A stretch of 64,000 nt of DNA, taken from the NCBI GenBank assembly GCA_904063045.1, contig CAJFCJ010000005.1:4374436-4438435 (forward strand), in the 5' to 3' direction. The notes below the pieces were generated by a model that saw only the letters and a list, made by a program, of their open reading frames with translations, had not been told where the DNA came from and did no database searches. Source of the stretch: Dimorphilus gyrociliatus (taxonomy: Eukaryota; Animalia; Annelida). Position numbers and translations under genes: made by a program. Each line of letters opens with the position of its first letter. Within the stretch, counting starts at the first letter, position 1. Shown here in pieces: positions 62,501 through 64,000 of this stretch.

Positions 62501-63319
62501 TTTCCCTAGTATTGAATTTTGTAGTGAAAAACCTTTCAGACTCGAATAACTACAATTCAGATTAAAATAAGACTTTCTCTCCAAAATACGAAAAGATAAT
62601 CCGCTCCCTTCGATAATGCTGACGCTAACAACATTTCTTTCATTTAATTTCATATTCCAATTCGTTAGAATATATTCAGACTTTTCGCATAAATTATCAC
62701 TTTTATTCAAGTTTGTCTCCGTAATTCTATAAATATTCGAATTGTTTTTCAATAATAACATATAGTTGTTTGTCGTAATTGATTTTCTGGCAAATATATC
62801 TAATCCCCAATAATTCTATTAATAGACATTCAATAGTTTGTTTTGAGACAAACAACTTACAAACTGAGTTGATTTTATAACACTTTAAACATAGTCCTAT
62901 AGATTTTGATAATTTACTCTTCGAAATCCTGTGAATAGCAAACTGTTAAAAATTGAATATTCAAATAAATATCAATATTACTTGATAGACGACCGTAATA
63001 TTTCCGCAATAATATAGTTTGTCCTCGTTGAAGGGCAAGGATTAATTACGGACTGTATAGAATCGTATCCCAGAATTTTACATATAGAATTTCTGCTGAC
63101 ATCCTCGAAAGTATCGTATTGAATTGGATATTTTGATAATTCACCATTGTTCACGTTTAACAGACCGTATACGTAGACGTCAGTTTCATTCAAAATATTT
63201 AAATAGGGTATTGTTGCGTTAAAATCACTTTCATTGTTATCTATATTGCATAGAATCATTCTCTTATCTAGTAGGAATGATATTGAAATTGTTAAAGCTG
63301 TTTGGAGAAGACGATTCAT
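56515..63319 (-). CDS. Multi-domain LDLa-LRR GPCR, receptor C (strongly degenerate 7TM)
   Basis: Signal-like start MNRLLQTALTISISFLL at 63319; repeated modules; SRCR-like GIICSHFGF...IRCRDGETNLLNC (60513-61169); CTL-like CPGKDAYIFFNVCYY (~60200-60290); LDLa exons within 59151-59501, from 58724, and ~58495-58384; LDLa/LRR/TM1-4 exon from 58312; TM5-6 exon from 56980; last exon 56678-56515 (ELLLKIV...KNTRRM*). Confidence 0.8.
58774..58813. repeat. Head-to-head telomere-like inverted repeat in an intron of receptor C
   Basis: GTTAGGGTTAGGGTTA-tgtcctcc-TAACCCTAACCCTAAC: 16-bp perfect stem, 8-nt loop. Confidence 0.85.
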
Positions 63320-64000
63320 TTTAATCGTTGCTTCTTCGCGAATGTTATGAGAAGGAGAGAGAGAGAGAGAGAAACCGTACCAACTTTCGTGATTAATTAA
63401 AATATAAAGTATTGCTTATGTATGATGTTGGACATTTCGTAAATTCCTTCTCAAATGATCTAATTACAGAGTTGAATAATAACCAATTTATTGATTATTA
63501 TTTAATAATTAGCTCGCTTATTTGCAGTAATTTATGGTATTTCTCTCATCTAACGTCTCTTCCTTAAGAACGTGTTCATTAATTATTACTCACCATTAAT
63601 ATGATTAAACATTTACCTGTTTAATGTTAACAAAAGAAAAATTAATACAATTGACAACTAACCATTAGTCTTTTCTATACAAAACCTAACCTATACCGGT
63701 TGAATATGTTAAGTTTAGGGATAAAGATATATTTCTTCGTCTTCTCAATAAGATTTTCATCTACAGGTTTGTAGGCAAGAATTTTTGCTTATAGCAGCGA
63801 AAATAACATTGTTTGTCGATAGGAACTTATTGCTTGAACGACATAGATTGCTCAAATATTGAAAAGTGTATACTTGGTGAATGTAAATGTAATTTCCAAT
63901 TTGGAGAAAGTATATGCAAAGATAGTACGTTATCTAATAAAATAGACAAAGAACTTGTAGTATTTATCCTTTACCAATCGTTTTCAATAGACGAAAAGCT

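Noticed and set aside
1-64000. tRNA, rRNA or snRNA genes
   Set aside because: No cloverleaf, box A/B or rRNA-like GC-rich segment recognised by eye; a tRNAscan-SE/Infernal run would be needed to exclude them formally.

Overview
AT-rich, compact metazoan genomic DNA with short spliceosomal introns. There are no prokaryotic features. Gene content and TTAGGG-type repeats suggest a lophotrochozoan, possibly an annelid; this is inference only. Left to right: (1) the 3' end of a TRPC-family channel (+); (2) an intact multi-exon gene with two cyclic-nucleotide-binding domains (-), apparently with two alternative N-termini; (3) a ~25 kb cluster (11-36.5 kb) of small secreted proteins. The cluster holds five stand-alone genes with a divergent 12-cysteine granulin-like domain and three 2x peritrophin-A (CBM14) genes sharing a head but carrying different tails: a Ser-Gly repeat, a granulin-like domain (a chimera) or a short stub. 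Two oppositely oriented stomatin paralogs are interleaved. One granulin-like gene is present as a near-identical inverted duplicate about 25 kb away; (4) three large paralogous LDLa-LRR-7TM receptors (GRL101/RXFP-like) with extra SRCR-like, C-type-lectin-like and unrecognised repeated ectodomain modules. One has canonical 7TM motifs and two have lost them. An intronless LRR gene with a VHL-box-like N-terminus sits among them. Exon boundaries were read by hand from GT/GC-AG sites and frame continuity; the 5' ends of the three receptor genes are least certain. No database search could be run, so all novelty statements are hypotheses.
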